A stretch of DNA of 64,000 nucleotides from Camelus ferus (Eukaryota): positions 15,502,001-15,566,000 of the forward strand of contig NC_045697.1 of the NCBI RefSeq assembly GCF_009834535.1, in the 5' to 3' direction. How positions within the stretch are numbered: position 1 is the stretch's first letter; every line of letters starts with the position of its first letter. Positions 35,462 through 45,941 of this stretch are shown here, in pieces. Under the pieces are notes generated by a model, which saw nothing but the letters and a program-made list of their open reading frames with translations, was not told the origin of the DNA and did no database searches. Made by a program: the position numbers and the translations under genes.

Positions 35462-35602
35462 GGGGAGGATATAGGTCAACAGTAGAATGCGTTCTTAGCA
35501 TGCAGGAAGTCCTGGGTTCAATCTCCAGCACCTCCATTGAAATAAATAAATAAACCAAATTACCTCCCCCCAAAAACAAACAAAACAGGACTTTAAAAAA
35601 AA
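35462..35602 (+). mobile_element. Camelid Vic-1-type tRNA-derived SINE
   Basis: ggggaggatataggtca..agtagaatgcgttcttagcatgcaggaagtcctgggttcaatctccagcacctccattgaaataaataaataaaccaaattacctcccccc. Confidence 0.88.
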
Positions 35603-35779
35603 GAATCTTCTTAAGAGAGCCATGATGTCTATTTGCATATTTAAAATTCATAATAGATCTGCTCTAAAGGAATCTTTTAACTTAATTTAACATAACTCTT
35701 CCCTTTGTGGACCTTGCTTAGATAATATTAGATAACAGCAAAGAGTTATTTGGTCGTTTTGTTGGGCTTAACAATGTCT

Positions 35780-36216
35780 TGGTGGGGCCTGTGATGAGCC
35801 ATTCTAATCCCCCTTCAGAAATGAAAGGTTATTCCCTGTGCTGCTGGGAGTCCTGCCAGCTAACAGCCACCTGCTATCTGCCCTCTCCAGGCACTGCCTT
35901 CAAATTGCTGTTGGCTGACGAGAGACACCTCGTGCCAGGTTACCCCCACTTCCCGGGGACAGCCGGGTCAATACAGGAGCACGTGAGAGGATAAAGGCCC
36001 AGGCTTCTCCCCAGACCCTGGGCAACTAAGAAGTGCTCAGTTTTGCAGCTTTTCACGGGGCCCGGCTGAGTCCTTTACAGAACGTGCCTAACAGCCAGGT
36101 CCTGCACCCTTTCCTTCGGTCCTGCAAACGCGGCTCCTGCAACCTCCCAGTAAGCGTTCTGCCCGCCAGATACTCCTCGCCTCGAAGTTGGCTTCTGGGG
36201 AACCCCACCTGCAACG
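35780..36216 (+). mobile_element. ERVL-class solo LTR
   Basis: Ends ...gcttctggggaaccccacctgcaac as in LTR33/40-type elements; internal ggataaaggccc. Confidence 0.6.
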
Positions 36217-36590
36217 ATGTCATAGGGTAAATTTTCTACTGGAGAATCTACATTCCCTGAAGATTTAAGGATGAGATAACACGATGACTCACAACTGCAA
36301 AGGAAAAAAAAGGGGGGAGAGGGGAAAATAGAAACAGATAAAAAAAAAAGATTGGCAAAATATTAATAATTATTGAGACAATGAGCACATGGAGGGTTAT
36401 TGTAACAGTCTTCTGGTGTGTTTGAAATTCTCCATTATAAAGTGTTTTGAAAACACTATTTCCCAAGCTGTTTTTAAGTAATACCATCATCTTGGGACAA
36501 ACTTGAGGCTCCTTTGGTCTTCACTAGGGCCTTAATAAACCAGAGAAACTTCCCCAGGCCCTTCCTGTGGCGCAGAATAAGCCCCCTCAC

Positions 36591-37466
36591 TCAGGGTCTG
36601 GGTTTTTCAGCCGGGCCTCATTTAACACTCATGGAAACGTCACAGAGGCTACCGAATGGCCCGCCCTCTTGAAGCCCACAGCCAGCCAGCTGAGGTGGCT
36701 GCAGAGGCCTGGCAATCACTTGCTGCCTGATGGGAAACCCACCCTTTTGAAGTAACTGTGAAAATTCCCCACAGTGTAGGAGGCGGAGCAGAAGGGTGTA
36801 GGAAGCCCCGGGCAACCAGGCCAAGATGGCAGAGCCAATTAACTGCCTGAGCTGCCGCGGGGACGGTTGGAAACCAGGAGCTGTAATTACTTCTCATCTG
36901 GAACAGAAGCCTTCCTTAAAATCCTGGGAGCTGACTGAGGCACGGCTCCAGGGGACTTTGTAAACAAGAAGAGGAGGAAGGTTCTCTTCCTCTCAGGCCT
37001 GAAAGGCCCAGGGTGGATCTGATAGCAACTCAGAAACAGAAGAATAATACTATGAATTATGGAAGGCAAAAAAGTCTGCAATCTGGGGGCTTTCCCCTTT
37101 GACTAAGACCCCCTTTCTTGGAGTAGCCTGCAGGGCTCAGCTTGTGTTCATCAAGCTGTCTGCTCTGCCTTCGGTTCCCCTCCCCTATGTCCTCCCAGAG
37201 GAGTCTTTGAAGCTTCGAGACTTCGGGAGGCCTGCTCTGAACTGAATTTGCATCTCCCACTGAATCTATTTCGAGGTTTCTTTTGTGACTCTAGTGTCTC
37301 TCTGCAGTCCCTTCCTCATGCTCGGGGACGGGACTGACTGCAACTCCTCTGAGGATGGGCAGGCCCGTCTCCCCCCAGGGCTTCTGTGTGACGAGGCAGA
37401 CGCTCTGCTCTGGAAACCCCCTGGCACAGCAGTGTTTGATAACACTTGCACCTTCATCTTTCACGG
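36591..37466 (-). pseudogene. Relic A large exon A6 (several frameshifts)
   Basis: Contains LFTKS, RLLFQ..SWFPTVPAAAQAVNWLCHLG, GWLW/GPFGSL, VLNEARL; donor GA|gtgagg (phase 2); acceptor tttcctcctaa (inferred AG>AA). Confidence 0.75.
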
Positions 37467-37569
37467 TTAGGAGGAAACAGGTCCCTCCAGAACATTCTTT
37501 TCTTCTCATTTTCAGCTAAGTTCCTCTTTCAAGTATAACTTTGGGCCAAGAATGTTGTAGGCTCTCCCT

Positions 37570-38040
37570 CTTCCAAATTGCTTTCGTGATTTATCAAGCC
37601 CTCTGGAGTCTGGCCTCTTCCTACTTGTCGAACCTCCACTCTCCTCACCTTCCATACTCCAGCCATCCTGGTTTCCCTTCCGGTCCTGAACATGCCAAGC
37701 CCGCTGCCTTCTTTCTGTGCACTTTGCACTGTTCCCTGCTCCTGACATGCTCTTCCCTGGGCCCCTGTGGCATGTCTGGTTCCCTCCCCCCATTCACCTC
37801 TCAGCCTGAATGTCACCTCCTCAGAGAAGCCTTCCCTGACTACTCAGACTGCAGTGGCTACCTCGTCACTTTCTGTCCCATCGCCCCATTTTATTGTCTG
37901 ACATTTTTAGCTGTTTATTTCCTGTCTCCCTCACTCCCAACAAGGATGGCAGCTTCCCAAGAAAAGAGACTTTCTTCTGCTTGCCTGGAACTGTGCCCAG
38001 CAGATGGTGGGTACTTAATAAATATTTGTTGGGTTCATTA
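37570..38040 (+). mobile_element. L2 3' end
   Basis: tccagccatcctgg...ctttgcac...tcacctcctcagagaagccttccctgac...cttaataaatatttgttg. Confidence 0.9.
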
Positions 38041-38316
38041 ATTACTAAAGTAATTCTTTTTTTCCCCATTGCACCCTCTTAGTAACTGTAAAGTGACACA
38101 CATTATTATTTCCTTTTCACAAAGCAGTGAAAGGAGATTTAGAAGTCAAATAACATGTCCCAAGGTCACTTAAACCTAGTGAGGAACAGATTCAGAATCT
38201 CAGTCGACGGCTGACTCTACCCTCTCGCAGGCTGTCAGGTCTGTGGGACCTCAGGTGAGACGGGAGAACAGGTCCACATGTCTCTGTACATCTGTGGATG
38301 TAATTTTGCTCTCTAC

Positions 38317-38732
38317 CTGGAATGTGTAACACAGCACTTAGAGAGCATTTCATTCTGTGCCACTCTTCGTACTAGGGAAGAAGCCAACCCACAAAGAGAG
38401 AGGGACTGGCCAAAGGCAAACCCACGGTGGGTGAACCTCATATTGTGTTTCCCTGACTCCCCACTCCATGTCACAAGCCAGTGTAGGTGGCCGCAGGGGT
38501 CATGTCCTGCCCAGAGATGCTTTAAAGGACTGTTGGGTAGAGGCTGGACTCCACGCCCGGCAACCACCTGCCCCTGCACGTGCCTGCCCAGAGAGGGCGA
38601 TGTTTTCCATTCTGCACATTATCAAACTGCCTGCCAGCGCTTTATTGCTTCCTTGAAGAACTCTAATTTCTAGAAATGAACTGTTCCCAGCCTCTTGCAC
38701 ATCGGAAGTACTCAGAAGAGTAGCTGAAGGCG
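38317..38732 (-). pseudogene. Relic A exon A5
   Basis: gcttttcag / CCA G|gtagag; RLQLLF*VLPMCKRLGTVHF*KLEFFKEAI...LKHLW, +1 shift, QDM...GWLLP*YEEWHRMKCSL. Parallels QLNLLFAKVREML...RQLWDELG...WLQQLQKWSDLDVCPL. Confidence 0.8.
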
Positions 38733-39455
38733 CTGAAAAGCTATTCATCTCAAAGGGATGAGCCGTTAGCCCTCAAGGAGTTGCTGACTCACCACTTCTC
38801 TTCCTAATTAATAGAGGAATCTAAATGGGAAATATTCTAAGGAAGCATCAGCCTGGGAGTTCACAAAGATGAGTTGATGTCACACAGGGTACTTGGCTTT
38901 ATGCTGCTTCTCTGTCCAGCTGTTTTCTCCCTTTCTTTCTCTCTCTCTCTTAGAGCACTCTTACTCAAAAATAAAATCTCACTTGGGAATTCCCAATATC
39001 TGATGAATAGGAAAATCATGGACATAGGCCAGGAATCGTCCTAAGGATGCTAAAAACAAGTCTAGAGGGAAAGGTACCAACATACTTACAATGTTTGTCT
39101 TTGGAGAGTGGCTCCGGGAGTGGTGGTTTTTCTCTCTGCGTATTTCTACAGTGATTTCCTATAGGAAGCGCGTGTTACTTTTATACTGGAGGAGCAAACA
39201 CTGCATCTGAAAAGAAAGTAAAACAGGAAGGAAAGCTGTAGGTTGCAGCTCCAGGCCAGGCTTTTGGAGCCACACACAGAGTTGGCTCCAGCAAGCTGAG
39301 CAGGAAAAGGTACTCCAATTTAAAGCTTTTGCCATTCAAAGCAGGGATAAGACCGTGGGTCCCTCCCTTGTGACAGCAGGAAGACAGCAGGACCTGGAGC
39401 TGGGAGGGGGAAAAAAAACCCTAGGTCCAAAAGAGGGAATTCTTTTTATAAGCAC

Positions 39456-39604
39456 CTTTGATTTGGATGGCAGGCGCATCGCTCTGTTTCAAAGGAAGTG
39501 TCGCTGGGCTCAGTCTCAATGCCTCTAGCAGGTGGCCGGGACCAGCAGGCCTTTTGCAGGCCACTGGGTTCTGTTTGGCTCCTTTGTGATGGCTTTGCCT
39601 ATCT
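39456..39604 (-). pseudogene. Relic A exon A4
   Basis: tgttttataag / AAG|gtgctt; 149 nt, phase 1-0: IGKAITKEPNRTQW... (cf. AGASIDDENCW). Confidence 0.55.
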
Positions 39605-39805
39605 CTTATAAAACAGTTAGCCGGGGAAGGAGCCCCAGGAAGGGTGCAGCGATAAACCCAAAGGAAATAGCATATCAAAATGAAACCATAAAAGCCCAGA
39701 AAAACCCAGGCAAGAGAAGGCAGAAAATATTCTCTTCACCTAAAGAAGTGGAAAAAGCAATAGTTGGAAGGAAGGCAAAGCAGCCCTTCTGCTTTTCTCT
39801 TTGTA

Positions 39806-40750
39806 ATGTCAATGGAAATAATCAGTAAACAATCTACAATTGGAAGAGAAAGTGTTTTATTTGAGCCCAGCTGAGGACTATAGCCCAGAAGCCAGCTTCC
39901 CGGATTACTCTGAGAAATTGCTCCTGAGAAGTACGGTTTTCAGTTCTATATCTTGTCAGAACACAGAGCATTAAACAAGTCAGGGATATATTTCTTCAAG
40001 GTTTCAAGAAAAGCAGACCGGCATGTGCACAGGGCATCAATATGGCCTTGGCACCCGGGGAGGATCAGCTTTGGCATCCCATGAAGGGAGGTATTTAATC
40101 TTTATTTTTAACATGGATAGGTATATTCTTTACTTCTGGTCAATGTGCTCGTTTCTTTAATAATTAAAGCATATGTACAATGTACATTTGATATGCCACA
40201 AACAGGCTGTCCTAGTTAGCATAAAACTCAAGTTAACTCTTGATTCAGTCTTGGTGGACTGTATGTTTCCAGACACTTGTCCTAGAGATCGTCATTCTAG
40301 GTGAAGTAAGCCAGAAAGAGAAAGAAAAATACCATATGCTATCACTCATATGTGGAACCTAAAAAAAAATAGGGGGAAAAAAGAGGACACTAATGAATTC
40401 ATTTACAAAACAGAAACAGACTAACATAGTAAGCAATCTTATGGTTACTGGGAGAAAGTGGGTGGGAAGGGATACATTTGGGGGTTTCAGATTTGCAAAT
40501 GTTAGCCACTATATATAAAAATAAATTTAAAAACAAATTTCTTCTGTATAGTTCAGGGAACTGTATTCAATATTTTATAATAACCTTTAATTAAAAAGAA
40601 TATGAAAAGGAATGACTAGGACATTGTGCTGTATACCAGAAACTGAGACATTTTAACTGACTGTATTTCAATTAAAAAAATTCAAGTTAACTCACGTGTA
40701 AGCCAAGTGACTTCCCCATACCTCAACATAAGAACATTTCTTTTATCAGT
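39806..40750 (-). mobile_element. ERV solo LTR interrupted by an L1 3' end
   Basis: ttttatttgagcccagctgaggactatagcccagaag...ctctgagaaattgctcc; LTR sequence resumes after the L1. Confidence 0.7.
40240..40680 (+). mobile_element. Camelid-type L1 3' end, TSD tcaagttaactc
   Basis: ctagagatcgtcattctaggtgaagtaagccagaaagagaaagaaaaataccatatg...gactgtatttcaattaaaaaaa. Confidence 0.92.
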
Positions 40751-40862
40751 AAACATTTCCTTCTCCTATGCCCTATTCCCTCCAAGAAAGTCTGCAAACA
40801 AAACTCCTTTCATTGTGCTATGCCAGAGACCCGCTCCAACTTCCACTGGCCCCTATGTCAAG

Positions 40863-41037
40863 CTCTCTAAAGATGACGTCCACCAGTATGTTGTGAGAAA
40901 GCCCCTAAACCAAGAAGATAAGAAACTGAGGACCAAAGCACCCAAGATTCTGTGTCTTGTTTCTCCTCACCTCCTGCAACACAAAGGCTGGCGTGTTGCT
41001 CTGGAGAAACAGCACACTAAGAAAGACAGAGAAGAGG
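40863..41037 (+). pseudogene. RPS6: Processed-pseudogene fragment of ribosomal protein S6 (approx. aa 147-205)
   Basis: [58 protein letters not shown] versus RPS6 [59 protein letters not shown]. Confidence 0.93.
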
Positions 41038-41073
41038 GGTGGGGGAGAGGGAGTGTCAGCTGAGACTTCATGC

Positions 41074-41180
41074 CCCTGCAGTCTGGTCTCTCCCAGGGCA
41101 TCGAGCAACAGAGAAAGTGTGTAGGTTTGTTGATGAAGGCATGCCAAGAGATTTGGAGAGAACAAGTCCAGTGCCAGATT
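41074..41180 (-). pseudogene. Relic A putative exon A3
   Basis: Strong acceptor ttgcattttcttgcag; NLALDLFS...; ends near RPDC or DQTAG (cf. APDPTAG); donor reads gcatga. Confidence 0.45.
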
Positions 41181-41459
41181 CTGCAAGAAAATGCAAGCCC
41201 AAAGCAGGAAGTGAAGGGTCAAGGCGGGGGCAGGGACGGGAAAATTCAGGACTTTTCCTTGGAACAGGATGCAGTTCCACAGAGCTAACTCTATTCAGGT
41301 GGGGATGCTGTGATGTGTGGTTGGCTTTGTTGGGGTTAAAAATCTTGGTCCAGGGACTGATTCCTGGCAGGGTGGTCAAGGGAGCTTTTCAGACCTCAGC
41401 AAGAGGACCCCTCAAGAGGGAAAACAGCCAGGCCCAAAGAGAAGGTAAGGATTTCCAAG

Positions 41460-41670
41460 ACTCACTGATTAATTTCCTTTGACAAATTGTATGTGCACCC
41501 TTGGGACATTGAGCCAGGCACTGGCAATACAATAGGAACCAGAACACAGGAGTTCTCACTGCCTCAGTCCCCACGGGACTGATTTACTAATCAGGAAGAC
41601 AGACATTCATTAGACAGAAATGATAGGCAAATAGGTCAAAATTAAAACTATAGTAAGGACTAAGAAGCAT
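41460..41670 (-). mobile_element. L2 3' end
   Basis: ttcctttgacaaattgtatgtgcacc...gccaggcactgg.aataca...ggaagacagacatt. Confidence 0.65.
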
Positions 41671-41679
41671 TGGGGCTTT

Positions 41680-41835
41680 AGAAAGCTAATACGTTACAGC
41701 CATGTCCTCACTGTCCAAATGCGAACTGTTGACAGATACAGAGGATTCAGGCAGATGGAGCCAGATGCAGAGCTGGCCTGGAGTACCGGCCAGACGTGAG
41801 TGGGCTGCCTTGCTATGGCTGTCCTGAGGTCTGAG
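41680..41835 (-). pseudogene. Relic A exon A2 containing the SWIM zinc finger remnant (41702-41740)
   Basis: Acceptor tatcttttccgcag, phase-1 join with A1; in frame ...ILCICQQFAFGQ*GHGCNVLAF = CxC-x7-[TGA]xH. Confidence 0.8.
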
Positions 41836-42436
41836 CTGCGGAAAAGATACACTTACCCAGCATCATTGCACCGATCAGATGTGGAGAGGAAACAGGGCCC
41901 CCAAAGACCTGCCCCAGCGATTGCTGGACACCAAGCAGACAACTCACCCCCTTCCCTGAGGTCAGGCTTGCTTCTGGGAAATTAACTCCTCTTCTTGGAT
42001 GACAGGGAAGGGAACTGTATTCCTCCCCGACAGTCCCTGGATTTTTGTTTTCTTAACCCACTGGGCTCAGCCATTAAGTCAATGGTCAGCCAGGGTTGTG
42101 GGTCAGGGGCTTTGCCTCAGAAGGGCTCAGTGCTCTGTTGGTGGCATCCACCTCTGACCTTCATTAGCCCAGAATTCAACACCAACCTCTGCTTCTTTGG
42201 GTGTCTTCCTGGGCACCCCTAAGGCACTTCAGATTTGCCTCCAGAAGGTCCTTTATTGGAGCTTAAGAATGTGCTAATAAAACTAAGTCACAGACCACTG
42301 CATACCTCTTTGTATTCTATTCTCCATCCCAAATTGTACCAGCTATTAACCAAATAGACCACCCTTTGTTGCTATTAGAAGCACAAAACCTCGGCCACGG
42401 CTTGTGCAGCCAACACAGCCAGAGACAAATTCAGAC

Positions 42437-42767
42437 CCTGTGGGGACGGGACCTCAGAGCTGGTGCAGAAGCCGTGGAGCATCACAAACCCGAGAATGAT
42501 GGTCCTCTCCCTTGTCCCTCCGAGAGGTTCCACGTAGCAGCCTCTCCTGGGCTGCACTCGGGCGATTTAAACCTAGAAGCTCTCCCACCAGAACTCCCCG
42601 CAGCACAGCTGGTGCTTCAGCTGGATTTTGAACTTCTGCTTGGCAGAAAAACCATGTAAATGCTAAAAATAACTGTTCTGCCCACAAGACTCTTAGAAGT
42701 ATAAACTGGAAAGGCTCTCTTCTTCTTATAAGTGACTTTTTAAGAGCTCTGTCTGCTCTTGAAGCTT
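42437..42767 (-). pseudogene. Relic A probable first coding exon A1
   Basis: ...FWWESF*V*IARVQPRRGCYVEPLGGTRERTIILGFVMLHGFCTSSEVPSPQ G|gtctga (cf. YWSF...[28 protein letters not shown]); 5' edge uncertain. Confidence 0.7.
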
Positions 42768-42809
42768 CTATAGGTAACAATGCTAAACCCAGCACCCCTG
42801 AACTATGGC

Positions 42810-43120
42810 CTGTGTGAATCACCAAACAGTGTAGTTGTGTAACGGCACACGGTGGGAATGAAGACCCAGTGTAGTTGTGTGAGCCACACGTGGTGTGAAC
42901 TAATACACAGTGTAGTTGTGTGAACTGCACCGTGAACCAGTACACAGTATAGTTGCGTAAAGTCTGAGACAGCGTGTGCTCACACGCAGACTAGCAGCAT
43001 GAATGGTAAACCGTGTACACAGCTACGCGGTGACATCACGTGAACTACCACACCGTGAACTATCACACAGGTAGTAACACGAACCACCACCTAGTGTAGC
43101 CGGGTGAACTTCCACACAAG
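42810..43120. repeat. Degenerate ~40-bp minisatellite with self-complementary gtgtagtt/aactac motifs
   Basis: cagtgtagttgtgt recurs at ~42827, 42867, 42908 and (variant) 42946, with gtgaac motifs between. Confidence 0.75.
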
Positions 43121-44829
43121 GTCTTACTGTGCAGGTCGTATGACCTTTGAAACTTCCATATATCTGAAATTATTCCAGAACAAAAGCTTACGCTCAGGAA
43201 GGTTTCACAAAGTTCCACTGTCTTCAAACCTCCTCCCCTATTACAAGAACACTTATAACCTAATATTCCAAAATAACGATTGCAGTTTAACCCGAAATTT
43301 GATTCTGAGCTTCCTTATTGAAAAGCGTAAGACGAGCAATTATAGAATTCTTGGTGCTAGAAAGAAGGAAACTCACTAGTTCCTTAGCACAAGCTAAATG
43401 AATGTACAGCATCAATCAAAGACCTTCAGGCACTAGAAAGAGGTACAATACAAAGGGTCCCACGTTTGCAAGGTTCACATAACCCTGGAAGGTTCCATGT
43501 CCCTTTAAATATTATAGGAATGCTCCTGACCATTTTCATTATTTCTGCCATATATGCATGTAACACGCTTTAATATCATAAGTTTGCTCAAAGTTGAATC
43601 ACTTATTTTGTGAATTCAGGCTCTACTGAGCCACTAAAAATGAGTGCTATCTATAATGAATAGCTGCTTATGCAACCATGACCTTAAGAAAATCAAGATG
43701 ATACAAAAATAAATTGTGATTTTAAGAAAAAATGAAGTGGCGGGTTTACATTTTAAAGAGACTATTGAACTAGGCATTGAAATGGATTTGAAGTACAAAT
43801 ACTGTTGGAATCTCTTCTACTCTCCCCTCTAAGTGATCAGCTTTAACTTCTACTGGCACAGAGAAACCATGACCTCCCAATTCCATTCCGAGCTAAAAAC
43901 AAACCAAGCTCAGCATGTATGTTTACAAAAATGCAGACAACCTACGTATCCATCAATGGCAGCATGCATAATTAAACTCTGGTGCATCCACACCGCAGAA
44001 ATCCACGCAGCCGTGAGAGTAGAAGTACAAACACCCCCAGCAGGGCTGAGGCCCCTCATGACATAGCATGGGGGAAATGGCCCATCACAGCCGGGTTCCT
44101 ACTTTTTGATTCTCCTTATCTAAATTTCACGTTTTCCATATGTGTGTTATAATTCAGTAACACGTCCTAAAAATACGAAGAACACTCCTACTTCTGATCC
44201 TGAGATTGCACATTCGTTGCCCAATTTCAGAGCGTTCTGACCCTAATAGTTTCATATAAGGATATCATTTCATTCGCTCATATGTTTTTAAAAATCAAAC
44301 CACAATTTAAGTAAGTTTAAGGCAGGGGATACTGGATGAAATTTCTAAATAAAACAATGAAAGCCTTTCTCTAAATTTATATATACTTTGTGATATTGGT
44401 ATCTCTGGTCTTTCTTTGGATAGAATCCCACTGTTCCTAAACTTAAAGTATGATCAGTTATTTAAAAAAAAATATTTATCTGAAATATTTGTCTCTATTA
44501 TTAAAAAATAGTAATTCAGGGCCGAGATGGCAAATATGGGCTTCAACATATACATTTTGGGGAAGATACAAACATTCAGTCCTTAACAGAATATAAGCTT
44601 GAGGGCAAGGATTTTTGTCTACTTTTCTTCACTGATACAGTCCCAACATTGAGAACAGTGCCTGGCATATAATAATCACTCAGGAAATACTTGTTAAATA
44701 AGAACAGGAGAAATTGTCTGTAATGTAACTGCTGGGCTAAAAGATAACGGACTCCATCACATCACAGAAATGGCATTAATATATATGATCAGATTTTTAT
44801 TCTCCAAATATTTTAGGATAGTTTATCAA

Positions 44830-45305
44830 GATTGTAGATTAGGACATTCATTTTTGTGCAGGTAACACAGACCCAAGTAAACTACAGTTTAAGCTAGAGG
44901 GCCAAACATCACGAATGAGACAGATGTCTATTCCTCTCTCATATAATAATGCCATGTGGTGAGGCAGTTCAATTCTGCCAAATCTTCAGGAGCCTGGACA
45001 CATTCTATTCTGTTGCTTTCCCAAAATTAAGGAGAGACATTTGTCTCTGGTCCAAGACAGCTTCCTTTCCTTGTCTACAAAACACGTGGATGGGAGAAAA
45101 GGAAGGAGATGCCATATTCCTTCCATTAAAGGGCACACCTAGAAGAGACACCCATCACTTCTGCTCACGTCCCATTGCCAAAAAGGCATCACACCTCGCT
45201 GCAAGTTATAATAGAAATGCAGCCTCTATTTTGGACTACAAATCTGGGCTTCTGTTGTTATAGAAGAAGTGAACAGATCTGGGGAGAACTAGCAGTCTGT
45301 GCCAT
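44830..45305 (-). mobile_element. MLT1I/J-type LTR
   Basis: gcaggtaacacagacccaag...catcacttctgctcacgtcccattgcca...ctagcagtctgtgcca. Confidence 0.75.
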
Positions 45306-45907
45306 AGCATACAGTTTTAAATAATCATTTAGCATTAAGATAGACTTGGTGTAAATAATTATTGAAGCCGGATCATGCATACACAGAGATTCATTATACT
45401 ACTTTCTCTACCATGTTTATGTTTGAAAATCTCATAGTTAGTTCTAAAAATTAATTGCATCAGCGTCTATTATAGGATTTGTTTGGTGTTTAAGAAATAG
45501 GATTTGGCAACTTTCAATAAGCAAACAGTAAGCAAACGGAGGCTTAAAAGTGCTTAGAAGCGCTTGCTCATAGCTTCCCCTCTCTTGCTGCACTTGGAGG
45601 CGTGGAAATGAAGCTGATCAGGGCTGCTGGAGGGGGCGTCCCTGTGGAGGTGCCTCTGCTGATAGCTTGCCACCTCCCCGATGCGTGAGCAAAACCATCC
45701 TAGGTCAGCCAGCTACAATTCAAGATGCTGGCCAACCACCACCCTGTGAGAGACAGTGGCAGGGAGCAGCCGAGCTGGCCTAGAGGGCATCACAGGGTAG
45801 AGAGGGTTGGGGGCCTTACAGGGCCCTGCAGGGCTCCTGGGGAGCTGGACCAACCTATGTGGTACTGACTTGCCCTCATCTGAGCCAGCCGCCTGCACAA
45901 AAGCAGA

Positions 45908-45941
45908 AACCAACCAACCAAACAAACAAACAAACAAACAA
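45908..45941. repeat. (AACC)/(AAAC)n simple repeat
   Basis: Direct reading. Confidence 0.9.

Larger units (their letters stand above)
8700..42767 (-). pseudogene. Relic A: nearly complete decayed multi-exon ZSWIM4/5/6/8-like gene (unitary pseudogene)
   Basis: About 22 exon remnants, most joins phase-compatible. Motifs colinear with recalled ZSWIM5/6: RRG..G...GFVMLHG~RRG..G..GFHLSG; CIC-x7-*GH SWIM; RLQLLF*VLPMCK~QLNLLFAKVREMLK; WFPTVPAAAQAVNWLCHLG~WHEHVPTACARVDALRSHG; HQQ...AENVVTDEESL~GQQ...AQDKVCRNEEQL; TFAQFL..VFKLA..LP~TFAKYL..YKLA..LP; LAIETF~LAQDAF; LKLYKL~LRAFKL; EDELQKLM~KNELAALI; HQRL..Y.DF. Confidence 0.85.

Noticed and set aside
35462..35535. tRNA gene
   Set aside because: tRNA-like A/B boxes are followed by the SINE body and AT-rich tail, so it is a SINE head.
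37200..37230. LQRLLWEDIG as the RQLWDELG motif
   Set aside because: The better-positioned match is in exon A5 (KHLW/QDM followed by WL..Y.EW..C.L); this one is out of order.
37541..38041. Longest ORF in the track (166 aa)
   Set aside because: Lies almost entirely in an L2 3' end; the translation has no protein character.
42454..42945. 163-aa minus-strand ORF as an intact gene
   Set aside because: Its N-terminus comes from the minisatellite, and the ZSWIM-like motifs of exon A1 are mostly in another frame.
42810..43120. CRISPR-like array
   Set aside because: Degenerate tandem units without unique spacers, in mammalian DNA with no cas genes.
43192..43259. Possible 5' exon of relic A (gtaagc donor)
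   Set aside because: Weak acceptor, no coding or promoter evidence.
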